Part shown: positions 1 through 9,961 of the stretch, one piece after another
How the letters are laid out: each line of letters starts with the position of its first letter
Position numbering within the stretch: position 1 is the stretch's first letter
Assembly (NCBI GenBank): GCA_038207585.1
Contig: JBBQZP010000023.1
Span: 323-64,322, forward strand
Length of the DNA stretch: 64,000 nucleotides
Direction: 5' to 3'
DNA from: Rhodobacterales bacterium
GTDB lineage: Bacteria > Pseudomonadota > Alphaproteobacteria > Rhodobacterales > Rhodobacteraceae
The notes under the pieces: model-generated
Told to the model about the DNA's origin: nothing
Databases searched by the model: none
Seen by the model: only the letters and a program-made list of their open reading frames with translations
Translations under genes and position numbers: made by a program

Positions 1-1
1 G

Positions 2-256
2 ATCGCTGCAATCAAGGCACAGAAAACCACTAACGAGTTCTACCTGCCCGCAAGCGGCACGCTCACCGAAGATTACGTTGCCCGGCTCGATGAAGCCCAC
101 TCGATGCCAGTCGCTGCGCACGTAGGCAGCGGTGACCGTGAAAAGATGTTTATTCTCAGCAAAACAGTCTGTTACATGCTTGTCCTGAAGCTGTCAGTCT
201 ACTTCTGTCGGCTCCAAGAACAAGTAAATCGAAAGCTTACCGAAGCGGCAGCGTGA
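2..256 (+). CDS. 3' end of an unidentified ORF entering from the left edge (TGA at 254-256)
   Basis: Hand translation of frame 2 is open from position 2 (…TEDYVARLDEAHSMPVAAHVGSGDREKMFILSK…TEAAA*). No family recognised. Visibly AT-richer than the rest of the window. Confidence 0.3.
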   Translation: MAAIKAQKTTNEFYLPASGTLTEDYVARLDEAHSMPVAAHVGSGDREKMFILSKTVCYMLVLKLSVYFCRLQEQVNRKLTEAAA

Positions 257-309
257 AGCGGTTTTGACCTTGCGCGATTTACTCCGACCGTCTAAACGCT
301 TCCCGGTGT

Positions 310-385
310 GCCGCTTTAGCTCAGCTGGTAGAGCATCGCATTCGTAATGCGGGGGTCAGGTGTTCGAGTCACCTAAGCGGCACCA
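310..385 (+). tRNA. tRNA-Thr (anticodon CGT), CCA encoded
   Basis: GCCGCTT acceptor stem pairs with AAGCGGC. D arm GCTC/GAGC. Anticodon stem TCGCA/TGCGG with loop TTCGTAA (CGT at positions 3-5). T arm GGTGT-TCGAGTC-ACC. Ends in ACCA. 76 nt. Confidence 0.93.
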
Positions 386-508
386 TTATTTGTTGTGATT
401 GGTGATGCGTATGACTTTTTCGAAGCGCAACAACTTCGCGACAACGCCACCCATCACGGTCAGAACAGTTGCGCCTGACGGGCTTCGATATGCTGTGGTC
501 CAGAACGC

Positions 509-661
509 TTACGACAGCGGCCCGAAGTACAGCGAGGTTCGCTCCGTGGTTTGCCGCGTTTTGCTCGGCGCGCCAGATCCAAACAGTTGCAGCGAGATGC
601 CGTACATCTTCAGGCTGCGCAGCATGATGACGATGGCGCCGGCGGCTGGATCATGACGCAT
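509..661 (-). pseudogene. istB: IstB-like helper protein, N-terminal fragment only
   Basis: The ATG at 661 overlaps the istA stop. MRHDPAAGAIVIMLRSLKMYGISLQLFGSGAPS resembles the IstB N-terminus (LKxLKxxGM…EQGAP). Similarity is lost afterwards and no Walker motifs are present. Confidence 0.5.
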
Positions 662-1580
662 GGCGGCCCTCCACGATCTGGGAAAGCAGATCGTCATAGC
701 GTTCGACATTGGCCTTGGGTTCACGGTGCAGGGCCAGTGCCGGCGGCGTGTCCAATGGGGGACCGCCCACCACCTTGCCGTCGATCAGGCTGTGCAAGAG
801 GTTCAGCACATGGGTTTTGGTGGGCACGCCCTCGGTCAGCGCCAGTTCCACCGCGGTGAGAATGGCTTGTTCATCGTGATGCAGAACGAGGGCGAGGATA
901 TCGACCATCTCTCGATCGCCGCCGGGCTTGCGCAGCATGCAGTCCTGCAACTGTCTGAAGGCAAGCGGTAATTCCAGGAAGGGTGCCCCATTGCGAAGAG
1001 CCCCCGGCTTCCTTTGCACGACCGACAGATAGTGCCGCCAGTCGTAGATCGTCTTTGCTGGAAGGTGATGGCTGCGCTGAATCTCGCGCGTATGTTCGCA
1101 CAGGATGTTGCCTTCGGCCGCCACGACCGGTCGGTCTGGATAGATCCGAAGGCTGACCGGGCGATTGGCGAAGGATGCCGGAACGCTGTAGCGATTGCGC
1201 TCAAAGCTGATCAGACATGTCGGCGACAAGCGTTTGCTCAACTCGACAAAGCCGTCAAAAGCCACGGGCAGTGGCATCAGCGCTGCCTGTTCATCGGCCC
1301 AGACATCCGCAATCGAGCCGGGCTGTTTGCCGTGCGGCGACCGCTACGGCTGCGCGATCATCGCCGCGAAGGCCGATTTCATGAGCCCCCGAAATTGGCC
1401 GAGACTGAAAACCCTGAGCCGGTCGACCGCTGCGACACTATCCCGTTCCGAAAAGAATTGTGCCACCCCAAGGCCCGGCGCGGAACTCCGCCGGGTTCGG
1501 GCGTCTTCGGCCCAAAGCAGTCGTTCCGAACCTATGGAATTCCGAAGCGGAGTTTGCTGCCCGTTAAGGTCTTTTTCCAA
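651..1580 (-). pseudogene. istA: IS21-family transposase IstA, 5'-truncated and interrupted by an in-frame TAG at 1344-1346
   Basis: ORFs 1344..1580 and 651..1277 are in the same frame. The read-through is …SAFAAMIAQP*RSPHGKQPGSIADVWADEQAALMPLPVAFDGF…RNRYSVP…. This matches the conserved IstA C-terminal region (LxPLP…fd, YSVP motif). Confidence 0.7.
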
Positions 1581-1825
1581 TGCCGCAGAGTGCTGGTACG
1601 ACGTTCATGGCAGGCAGACGCCGGCTTTCCGGGTGGACGAAGCTGCATATTGTACCAACGCCCTTGCCTGCTTTTCTTTCTAGGGCTGGTGATCTTTCCG
1701 GCAGTCTTTCAAGCTGATCTTTGAGCCACTCCCCGCTGCGCGGGAACGCAGGTCGGCAGCCTCGATGGAACCGGGAAGCACTGGCCGCAGATCGGATACG
1801 CGGGCCCTATGGCCCGCGCAAGATT

Positions 1826-3142
1826 TTACAGACTGTATTGTTCGCGCGCGTAATCTCCCAGCCCTACGGCGTCGAGTTTGGCAAGCGGCGCAAGGAACGT
1901 CACCTGAATGACCCCCGGTGCGCGGCCGATCTCGATAGCGCCGTTCACGGTTGCGCGGTTGCGCACCTCGGCCACGGTCATGCCCAGCAGTTTCGCCGCA
2001 CGTTCAAGGCCGTTTTCTATGGCAAGGTTCAGGTTGGAAGCTGTGCCGATCACCGAAATCGGAGCCAGCGGTTCAATTTGCGCCACGCCCCATTTTGCAG
2101 CCAGCCGTTGCCCTTTGGCCTGCTCGGCGGCGGTAAACGGCCGCGCCATCGGCGGCAGGTCTTCTTCCAGCGGAAACAGGACCGGCCCGTCCAGCGGATA
2201 GTTCTTCACCACCTCGATCTGCAGGGTAACGCTGCCCGACACATCCATTGTATGACCTGCAATCTCGCCGTCGCCCTGTCCTGCATGCATGTCGCCCATG
2301 TAAACCCCAGCGCCCCGCACCTTGACCGGGCAAACGATGATGGCACCGGCGCGGACGGCATCAATATCCATGTGCCCATCGGTCTTGTGCTGCACCAACT
2401 GCTCGGCGGTGATCGCGTATTGATGCGGAGCGCCGACAAGGAACGACCCGAAATCACCCGCGTTGTGACTGTCGGGCATCGCCATCGACGGGCAGGTGCC
2501 AAGCTGGCCCATGAAGGGCCGCATCCGCACCAGAGTGCCTGGCATATCCGAGGGAGCAAAGGTCAGGATCGAATGCTGGCGGCTTTGGTCTGGCAGCGCC
2601 GAATAATGGTTGGCGTCGCGCGCAATGGTTTCTGCCGCCGACTTTGGCAGCGTAAGCCCGACCGAGCGGGTTTCGTCAAAGGTCACCGTATAGCCATGCA
2701 CGATCGCAAAGGGCGTCACCGCATTGCCGCAGATGTTGCACTTGACCGCATCCTGCCCGATGCCCTCGACATGCGTTTCGGGCCAGACGGTATCGCAGAC
2801 CGGGCACCGCGCCGCGACATAGGGGTCACCAAGGCAGAACCCGTCGGGCGAGGAATCGTGCCCCGACGCGGTGGCAATCGATGTGACCGTGATGTCACGG
2901 ATGCGTATGGCCACGCCGTCGCCCACTTCGGCCCCCTCGACGAACACCGGGCGTGTCACCTCATGCCCGCCGCGCAAGGATGGGGTAATCATCGGCCCCC
3001 AGCAACCCGGCGCGGTATTGGCGATGATGGTGCCGCCGTTTTCCACCGGCCCCAGCATGGGGGCGTCCGGATCAAGCACGCTGTTGGTGAATTCCGATAC
3101 CATGACACTGCGGCGTGATGGTGTGTTGCTGCCGTCTGGCAT
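1826..3142 (-). CDS. acetamidase/formamidase family amidohydrolase
   Basis: 438-aa ORF carrying the family hallmark …GDMHAGQGDGEIAGHTMDVSGSVTLQIEVVK… and DIDAVRAGAIIVCPVKVRGAG. Confidence 0.85.
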   Translation of the reverse strand: MPDGSNTPSRRSVMVSEFTNSVLDPDAPMLGPVENGGTIIANTAPGCWGPMITPSLRGGHEVTRPVFVEGAEVGDGVAIRIRDITVTSIATASGHDSSPDGFCLGDPYVAARCPVCDTVWPETHVEGIGQDAVKCNICGNAVTPFAIVHGYTVTFDETRSVGLTLPKSAAETIARDANHYSALPDQSRQHSILTFAPSDMPGTLVRMRPFMGQLGTCPSMAMPDSHNAGDFGSFLVGAPHQYAITAEQLVQHKTDGHMDIDAVRAGAIIVCPVKVRGAGVYMGDMHAGQGDGEIAGHTMDVSGSVTLQIEVVKNYPLDGPVLFPLEEDLPPMARPFTAAEQAKGQRLAAKWGVAQIEPLAPISVIGTASNLNLAIENGLERAAKLLGMTVAEVRNRATVNGAIEIGRAPGVIQVTFLAPLAKLDAVGLGDYAREQYSL

Positions 3143-3832
3143 GATAACCCCCCCTGAAATGTCCGTCCAATGCTAGGAAACCAGATCGCAGCCTGCACCG
3201 TGAAAGCCATGCTTGCAAGCACCAGAGTGCCTTGACGGGCAGGCCCCGCCAAAGCAGCACGGTCTGGACCACTGCTATCTGACCGGAAAATAGATGATCG
3301 CCCCGGCCCCACATCGGGCAGGTTCAAGTTGCAGTAGCATTCCGGAACCAGTGACGAAATCGCCTATATCTACGGGCTGGTGCTGGTGAACGGCTTTTAC
3401 GGCAGGCAGATCTTGTCGGACCGATTCCCGCTGTTTTCATCCAGCCGCACCTTTTCCGGCAATGGCGCGTTGAGCATGGCGGTTTGACCCGTGGCCACCA
3501 GCACATCGCCCCCCGGCCACGGATCGCCACCTTGCGCAGCCTCCCGATCAGACCAGCGGCACTAGACCCGCCACAATGGCGAGGGGCAATGGCAGGCAAG
3601 GCTGGGCGGCGTGAACCGCTTGTGCGCATGTCCTTGGCTCAGGTTCACCGATGAGGTCATCGGCAGGTTCACGTTCGCGGCAGAACCTTTTCGTTTTGAT
3701 CCTCGGGCAGGGCATACGGGTAGGCGCGGGCGCGCACCTGCCCGCCGTCGCGCTCCAAAATCTCGCGCATGATACGTTTGATTTTCCACGCCGGTCGGTG
3801 TCACTTCGGGAGGTCCGGTTTGGCTTTGTTGT

Positions 3833-4489
3833 TCATGGCAAATCAAGAACCCTGCTCAGTTCCCCGTAGTTCGACACACGAAACCGGCAGAACTCCTCGA
3901 ATTCCTGCGCCTGCGCGTCATGCCCTATTGCGATCACGGCCAGACCCGCCGCATGGGCGGATCGGACGCCGGGCAACGCATCCTCAACAGCAAAGGCCTC
4001 TTCGGGGCCAAGTTTCAGGCGGCGCAGCGTTTCCAGATAGGGCAAGGGGTCGGGTTTGCCGCGCGGCAGGTCGGCGCCCGAGACGAGTGTCGAAACAAAA
4101 GCGGACAGGCCCAGTTGATCCATAGCCGCGACGATGTGCCGGGAGGGTGAGGACGAACAAACGGCGATGCCAAGGCCGGACTTCGCGAGACTTTTAACGA
4201 ACTCTGACGCGCCGGGCATAATCTTGCGCATCTGAGGCAGCAGAATATCCGCTTCGGCACCGATCTGGTAGGCCAGATCGGCGCGCCGGATGTCCGAAAG
4301 ATCCGGACCCATCACTTCATTCAGAAAGCTGCGCACGCCCCGGCCAACGAAAGCATCATAGACCGCCTGCGGGACGGTGATATCAAGACGGCGCAGCACC
4401 CGCCGCTTGGCCTCTTCCCATGCGGGCTCTGACAGGACGAGCGTGCCGTCCAGATCGAAGATTGCCGCCTTGTAATCGCTTAGTTTCAT
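3833..4489 (-). CDS. HAD-superfamily hydrolase (subfamily IA, phosphatase/beta-phosphoglucomutase-like)
   Basis: Start trimmed to the ATG at 4489 (MKLSDYKAAIFDLDGTLV, DxDGT motif I). GKPDP and EDALPG motifs are also present. The upstream 103 codons of the listed ORF look non-coding (Pro/Arg-rich). Confidence 0.85.
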   Translation of the reverse strand: MKLSDYKAAIFDLDGTLVLSEPAWEEAKRRVLRRLDITVPQAVYDAFVGRGVRSFLNEVMGPDLSDIRRADLAYQIGAEADILLPQMRKIMPGASEFVKSLAKSGLGIAVCSSSPSRHIVAAMDQLGLSAFVSTLVSGADLPRGKPDPLPYLETLRRLKLGPEEAFAVEDALPGVRSAHAAGLAVIAIGHDAQAQEFEEFCRFRVSNYGELSRVLDLP

Positions 4490-4551
4490 GCGCTGAATTC
4501 CATTTGCCTGCTGGCCCTGATAAGGCTGTTGAAACTCCAGAAGGACATCCC

Positions 4552-5343
4552 ATGACTGATCTTGCCGCCCGACACGCCGCCGCCCGCCGTATAGCCGTTG
4601 ATGTGGGGGCGATGGCGCTGGATTATTTCCGCAAGTGGGACACGCTGACCATCGACGTGAAAGGTCATCAGGATTTCGTCTCGGAAGCGGACCGCAATGT
4701 CGAACTGGCCGTGCGCGCGGCGCTGGCTGCGGCTTTTCCCGATGACAGTATCGTGGGCGAGGAGGGTGCGCCGACGTCGGGCACCAGCGGATATACATGG
4801 GTGATCGACCCGATCGACGGCACGACGAACTTCATCAACGGCATTCCACAATGGTGCGTGATCCTTGCCTGTGTGCATCAGGGGCAGACGGTGATCGGTG
4901 TCGTTCATGACCCGGTGCATGACGAACTGCATCACGCCGTGCTGGGCGGTGGCGCGTTCTGCAATGACCGGGCCATCCGATGTTCGGACAAGACAAGCCT
5001 GCGCGCGGGGTCGCTGGGCGTGGGATTTTCCGGCCGCACGCATCTGGAGGGGATAAAGCGGCTGGTCAGCCTGTCGTGCGATGCGGGGACCGTGTTCTGG
5101 CGCAACGGCTCTGGCGGGCTTTCGCTGGCCTATGTGGCGACGGGCCGCATCCTTGGTTATGTCGAGGAACACATGAACGCGTGGGATTTTCTGGCCGGTC
5201 ATCTGATCGTGTCCGAAGCGGGAGGGCAAGTGGAACCCGTTAATGCCGACGAGGCGATTGCGCATGGCGGGCGGGTTGTCGTTTCCGGGGCGGGGGTGTT
5301 CGACGCAGTGGCGGCGCTGGCCAAGGCCGCCTACGACGCCTGA
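4552..5343 (+). CDS. inositol monophosphatase family protein
   Basis: Start trimmed to the ATG at 4552 (MTDLAARH…). Motifs SEADRNVE, WVIDPIDGTTNF and WDFLAGHLIVSEAGG are typical of the IMPase/SuhB family. Confidence 0.85.
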   Translation: MTDLAARHAAARRIAVDVGAMALDYFRKWDTLTIDVKGHQDFVSEADRNVELAVRAALAAAFPDDSIVGEEGAPTSGTSGYTWVIDPIDGTTNFINGIPQWCVILACVHQGQTVIGVVHDPVHDELHHAVLGGGAFCNDRAIRCSDKTSLRAGSLGVGFSGRTHLEGIKRLVSLSCDAGTVFWRNGSGGLSLAYVATGRILGYVEEHMNAWDFLAGHLIVSEAGGQVEPVNADEAIAHGGRVVVSGAGVFDAVAALAKAAYDA

Positions 5344-6413
5344 TCGGCGGGGATCAGCACAGGGCCGGAGGCCGCGAAAGAGATGGTGACGCCGTCGCCC
5401 ACCCGGAACGGCGTCACCACATCGTCCAGCACGGCAAACACCGTGCCAAAGGCGGCGGTGACGGTGTATTCCATCCGGCTTCCTACATAGGTGGCCTTGT
5501 CGATCACCGCGACCACCCCGTCGCCCGAGCCTGCCACCAGACGCATCCGCGAAGGGCGCACGGCCAGCTTTGCCGGGCCCTGCGACAACCCGCGCGAGGG
5601 CAGGCGATGGGTATAATCGGCAATCCGCACCGTGGCGATGTCGCCGTCAAGTGCGGTGATTTCCACCGGGATCAGGTTTGCCTCGCCGATGAAATCGGCC
5701 ACGAAGGCATCTGCGGGGGCCTCGTAAAGATCGCGGGGCGTGCCCTTCTGTGCGATCGCGGCGTTGCGCATCACGACGATTTCATCGGAAACGGCAAGCG
5801 CTTCTTCCTGATCGTGGGTGACATAGACCACGGTCAGACCAAGGGTCTTCTGGATGTCGCGGATTTCTTCGCGGACCTGACGGCGCAGTTTCGCGTCAAG
5901 GTTGGACAGAGGTTCATCGAACAGAAGAACCTGCGGTTCCAACACTAGGGCCCGCGCCACGGCGACACGCTGCTGCTGACCGCCGGACAGCTCTGACGGA
6001 AGCCGGTCGCCGTAACCCGTCAGACCCACCAACTCAAGCCCGGCCAGCGCCTTTGACCGAGCCTCAGCCTTGTCGAACCCCGAAAACTTCAGCCCATAGC
6101 CGACATTTTCCATCACGGTCATATGCGGGAACAATGCATAGCTCTGAAACACCATCGACACGTCCCGGTCGGTGGCGGGCAGCTTGGTCACGTCCTTGTC
6201 GCCGATGAAGATCCGTCCCTTGGTCGCCATTTCAAGCCCGGCGATCATCCTCAGGGTGGTGGTCTTGCCGCATCCGGACGGGCCCAGCAGGGTGACGAGT
6301 GTTCCCGCTGCCACCTCAAGATTGATGTTGTCCACGGCAGTGACTTTGGCACCATAGACCTTGGATACATTTTCGAACCGGACCGAGGCGGCCTTGGCGT
6401 TGATGACTGTCAT
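5331..6413 (-). CDS. ABC importer ATP-binding protein (PotA/FbpC type with C-terminal TOBE-like domain)
   Basis: Walker A GPSGCGKTT, signature LSGGQQQRVAVARAL, Walker B LLFDEPLS. The beta-rich C-terminal ~120 aa is as in Fe3+/polyamine-type ATPases. Confidence 0.85.
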   Translation of the reverse strand: MTVINAKAASVRFENVSKVYGAKVTAVDNINLEVAAGTLVTLLGPSGCGKTTTLRMIAGLEMATKGRIFIGDKDVTKLPATDRDVSMVFQSYALFPHMTVMENVGYGLKFSGFDKAEARSKALAGLELVGLTGYGDRLPSELSGGQQQRVAVARALVLEPQVLLFDEPLSNLDAKLRRQVREEIRDIQKTLGLTVVYVTHDQEEALAVSDEIVVMRNAAIAQKGTPRDLYEAPADAFVADFIGEANLIPVEITALDGDIATVRIADYTHRLPSRGLSQGPAKLAVRPSRMRLVAGSGDGVVAVIDKATYVGSRMEYTVTAAFGTVFAVLDDVVTPFRVGDGVTISFAASGPVLIPADQAS

Positions 6414-8624
6414 TCAATGTCCCTCAGCATGGCTGGTGCGCCGACCGATCCGTGTGCGCCCGACCAGCACTTGCAGCAGGCCAACGGCGGCCAGCATCAC
6501 GAAGATCAGCGCGGTTGAATAGGCGATGGCCAGCCCGTAGTCGTTGTTTTCAACCCTGCCGATGATGTAGCTTGTCGCCATGTCATAGCGGGCCGACACA
6601 AGAAAGATCACTGCCGAAATCGCCGTCATGGCCCGGACAAAACTGTAGACAAGGGCTGCCAGAATGGCGGGGCGCAGCAGCGGCAGGATCACCGCCCGGA
6701 AGGTCTGCCAGCTGTTCGCGCCCAGCGTCAGCGAGGATTCATCCAGCGATTTGTCCAGCTGGCTCATCGACGCGATGCCAGCCCGCACACCGACCGGCAT
6801 GTTGCGGAAGATAAAGCTGATGACAAGGATCAGGCCGGTTCCGGTGATCTCGATCGGTGGGACGTTGAACGCCAGAATGTAGGCGACCCCGATGACCGTG
6901 CCGGGAATGGCGAACGACAGCATGGTGCCAAATTCGAACGCGCGTTTGCCCGCAAAGCTCTGACGGGTCAGCAGATAGGCGGTGATCAGCCCGATTGCGG
7001 CGGTCAGCGGTGCGGCCAGGGTGGCGATCAAGATCGTGGTCCAGAAACTGGACCAGGCGGAACCTGTCCAGCGCAGCCCGTTTTCGCCCCACTCAATTCG
7101 GAAGGCGGTAATGTAATGCTTGAACGTCAGCGTGTCATCGACGCCCCAAAGCTGCACCACCGACCCGTAAAGGATCATGCCATAGACCACGACCGTAAAG
7201 GTCGACCACAATGCCACCACCACATAGACCGGAATCGCGAGGCCGCGCGGCATCGGCGGGTGAACGCCGCTGTCGCCCTTGCCGGTGACGGTGGTATAGC
7301 TTTTCTTGCCCAGCCAGAACCGCTGAAGATAAAACGCGCCTAGGGTAAAGCCCAACAGCACCATCGCCAGAATGGCCGCGCGGCTTTGGTCATATTGCGC
7401 GCCGACGATGGCAAAGAAGATCTCGGTCGACAGCAGGTCGAAGTTGCCTCCCAGCACCAGCGGGTTGCCGAAATCGGCCATGCTTTCGATGAAACCCAGC
7501 AGGAACGCATTCGCCAGACCAGGGCGCATCAGTGGCCAGCTGACGGTGCGGAAGGTCTGCCAGCGATTGGCGCGCAGGGTCTGCGCGGCCTCTTCCATGC
7601 TGGGGCTGACACCTTCGACCACCCCGATCAGCACCAGAAAGGCGATGGGGGTAAAGGCAAGAACCTGTGCGATCAGCACGCCGGGCATACCGTAGATCCA
7701 GCGCGACGTCTCGACGCCCAGAAAGGCCGCAACGGATGTGGTGACGGTGCCGGACAGGCCGAACAGCAGAATGATGGCAAGGCCGATCACGAAGGGCGGT
7801 GTGATGATCGGCAGCACCGACAGCGCCCGCAGCAGCCGTTTGTAGCGAAAGCCGGACCGGGTCAGGACCAGCGCGAAGGCCAACCCCAAGAGCGTGGTCA
7901 GCACGCCGACAGCAATCGCCAGCACCAGCGAATTCCACGCCACACCGCAGCGCCCCCCGGTCAGGCAGCCCAGACCCCAGATGCGATAGTCAAACAGCTT
8001 GGGAAAGAAGCCAAGGATCGAATAGCCGCCGTCATCGGTGGCGAAGGCTGCCAGCAACATCTTGGCGATCGGAAAGAACACAAAGATCGTGACAACCGCG
8101 ATCACTCCGCCGATTGCTGCGGTCACAAAGACATCGCCGTTCACCGCCCCCCGCGCTGCAATCCCTTGGGTGAACAGGAACAGGAAGGCCGAGGCGGTGA
8201 TCATCGCGCCATAGCCCATGCCGAACTGCCGGTCCTCCAGCGGCCCGAACAGTGCTGTCAGCCAGTCCGCGTTGAAGCCTCGCAAACCGATGCCCAGACC
8301 TTGCGCCACCAGCCATGAAAATCCGAACCCCCCCGCCAGGATCAGCACCCTGGCAAACCACGGGTCGGATTTGCGACGCCCCAGCACGGCAAGGGGCGCA
8401 ATCAGCGCCAGCACCATCGGGGCAAGCCACAGCTTTTGTCCCGTCGCAATCAGCATGGCTGCGGGGGCAAAATCCGCATCAAAGGGCCAGCCCTCCAGCA
8501 GCCATTCCAGCGACCAGAATTTTTCCACCCCGTACCAGGGCAGAAGGCAATAACCGATCCATCCGGCCGTGATCCAGAAGATCAGATCCGGATGGGTGGT
8601 GCGTTCAAGGCTGATTGTGCGCAA
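6414..8624 (-). CDS. ABC importer permease, fused two-domain (FbpB-like)
   Basis: 736-aa polytopic protein with two BPD-type permease halves, each with an EAA-like loop (MEEAAQTLRANRWQTFRTV and LDESSLTLGANSWQTFRAV). Its start abuts the stop of the ATPase gene. Confidence 0.8.
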   Translation of the reverse strand: MRTISLERTTHPDLIFWITAGWIGYCLLPWYGVEKFWSLEWLLEGWPFDADFAPAAMLIATGQKLWLAPMVLALIAPLAVLGRRKSDPWFARVLILAGGFGFSWLVAQGLGIGLRGFNADWLTALFGPLEDRQFGMGYGAMITASAFLFLFTQGIAARGAVNGDVFVTAAIGGVIAVVTIFVFFPIAKMLLAAFATDDGGYSILGFFPKLFDYRIWGLGCLTGGRCGVAWNSLVLAIAVGVLTTLLGLAFALVLTRSGFRYKRLLRALSVLPIITPPFVIGLAIILLFGLSGTVTTSVAAFLGVETSRWIYGMPGVLIAQVLAFTPIAFLVLIGVVEGVSPSMEEAAQTLRANRWQTFRTVSWPLMRPGLANAFLLGFIESMADFGNPLVLGGNFDLLSTEIFFAIVGAQYDQSRAAILAMVLLGFTLGAFYLQRFWLGKKSYTTVTGKGDSGVHPPMPRGLAIPVYVVVALWSTFTVVVYGMILYGSVVQLWGVDDTLTFKHYITAFRIEWGENGLRWTGSAWSSFWTTILIATLAAPLTAAIGLITAYLLTRQSFAGKRAFEFGTMLSFAIPGTVIGVAYILAFNVPPIEITGTGLILVISFIFRNMPVGVRAGIASMSQLDKSLDESSLTLGANSWQTFRAVILPLLRPAILAALVYSFVRAMTAISAVIFLVSARYDMATSYIIGRVENNDYGLAIAYSTALIFVMLAAVGLLQVLVGRTRIGRRTSHAEGH

Positions 8625-8627
8625 GGG

Positions 8628-9650
8628 TTACTGCGGCAGAGTCGAGACTTCGGTGTCCCACTTCGACAGCAGGCGTTTGCGCTCGTCCGACGAGCCATAC
8701 TTCTTGAAGTCGTAGTCGATCAGTTTCACCGTCGCGAGGTCGGGCGCCTTGTCAGATTTCGTCGCGCCGACATTCGACATCACCTGAAACGCGTTGACCT
8801 GAAGCGCGAGATTCTGCGCCTCGACGCTTAGTGCCCAGTCGTAGAACTGCTTCGCCTCGTCCGGGTTGCGCGCGCCCTTGATGATCGACATCGAACCGAT
8901 CTCATAGCCGGTGCCTTCGCAGGGGGCGACGGTAACGATCGGGAAACCCGCGACCGCCTGCGCCACAGCGTCATGCATGAAAACGATGCCGATCAGCGTC
9001 TCGCCGGTGCCGGCAGCCTTGATCGGGGCAGAACCGGATTTGGTATACTGGTTGATATTGGCATGAAGGCGCTTCATGTAGTCAAAGCCACCATCCTCGC
9101 CGAACATCTGCACCATCGAGGCCAGCGTCGTGTAAGCGGTCCCCGAGGAGTTCGGGTTCGCCATCTGCACCATGCCCTTGTATTCCGGCTTGGTCAGGTC
9201 TTCCCAGCAGGCGGGCGCGGGCAGGCCAGCCTTTGCCAGCATGTCACTGTTGTAGCCAAACCCCAGCGCGCCGGAATAGATGCCGATCGTCTTGTCGTTG
9301 GCACTGGTAGCTTGCGCGATGGCCCAGGGGTGCAGTTGCTCACGCATCGGGCTGACATAGGCTTCGGTCAGGTCTTCTTCGGCCGCCTGCAGATGCGGAT
9401 CGCCCGTGCCGCCCCACCAGACATCGCCCTTGGGATTGCTGGCTTCGGCCTGAATTTGCGCGAAGGTTTCACCGCTTGATTTGCGGGTCATCGCGACGTC
9501 AATGCCGGTCGCCTCTTCAAAGCTTTTCTCCATGATCTGGCACCACTCCTCCTGTGCCGAGCAGTAGAGATTCAGATCGGCCATGGCAGCCGTACCGGAA
9601 AGGCCGGCCCCCGTAACGAAAGCAGCCGCAGCCCAAGCGGATTTGGTCAT
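8628..9650 (-). CDS. periplasmic substrate-binding protein of the Fe(III)/organophosphonate SBP class
   Basis: Start trimmed to the ATG at 9650, preceded by a GGAGGAATACC RBS. Signal peptide MTKSAWAAAAFVTGAGLSGTAAMA. Family-1-type SBP features (WWGGTGDPH, NPNSSGTAY). The ligand cannot be read from the sequence. Confidence 0.75.
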   Translation of the reverse strand: MTKSAWAAAAFVTGAGLSGTAAMADLNLYCSAQEEWCQIMEKSFEEATGIDVAMTRKSSGETFAQIQAEASNPKGDVWWGGTGDPHLQAAEEDLTEAYVSPMREQLHPWAIAQATSANDKTIGIYSGALGFGYNSDMLAKAGLPAPACWEDLTKPEYKGMVQMANPNSSGTAYTTLASMVQMFGEDGGFDYMKRLHANINQYTKSGSAPIKAAGTGETLIGIVFMHDAVAQAVAGFPIVTVAPCEGTGYEIGSMSIIKGARNPDEAKQFYDWALSVEAQNLALQVNAFQVMSNVGATKSDKAPDLATVKLIDYDFKKYGSSDERKRLLSKWDTEVSTLPQ

Positions 9651-9961
9651 GGTATTCCTCCCAGAATATCGATGTGACGCGGCTCTTGAATGACCCGCCA
9701 TATTTTTGTTAGAAATCATAGGCCCAACATCCCGACTGTGACAATAAAAAATCGCACGGCGCGAGCGGCCCCCGGCCGGGAGTGCAAACCCGATAGTCTA
9801 CGCCCTTGTTGTGCACAGGTCTTGTCGGCGAAGAACGGGCGCATACCTATCGAATTGACTCGACGGCCCGAAAGCACCCTATTGGGGCAGGGCTGCGGAA
9901 ATTGTCGGCAAACAGCGACGCTTTGCTGCCCGGCGTGATAAAATTCTGGGAGGAGACCAAG

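Larger units (their letters stand above)
509..1720 (-). mobile_element. IS21-family insertion sequence remnant, truncated at both ends
   Basis: Contains an istA-like C-terminal portion and the first ~35 codons of an istB-like gene in the typical overlapping istA-istB arrangement. The N-terminal ~190 aa of IstA and nearly all of IstB are missing. I could not identify terminal inverted repeats. Confidence 0.6.

Noticed and set aside
1721-3118. 465-aa plus-strand ORF opposite the formamidase gene
   Set aside because: Antisense GC-artefact with no recognisable motifs. The minus strand matches the acetamidase/formamidase family.
9730-9760. Possible Pho box (CTGTGACAATAAAAAATCGCAC) upstream of ugpB
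   Set aside because: Only one half-site resembles TGTCA(C/T). The second repeat is not at the 11-bp phase in either orientation. The evidence is insufficient without a matrix scan.
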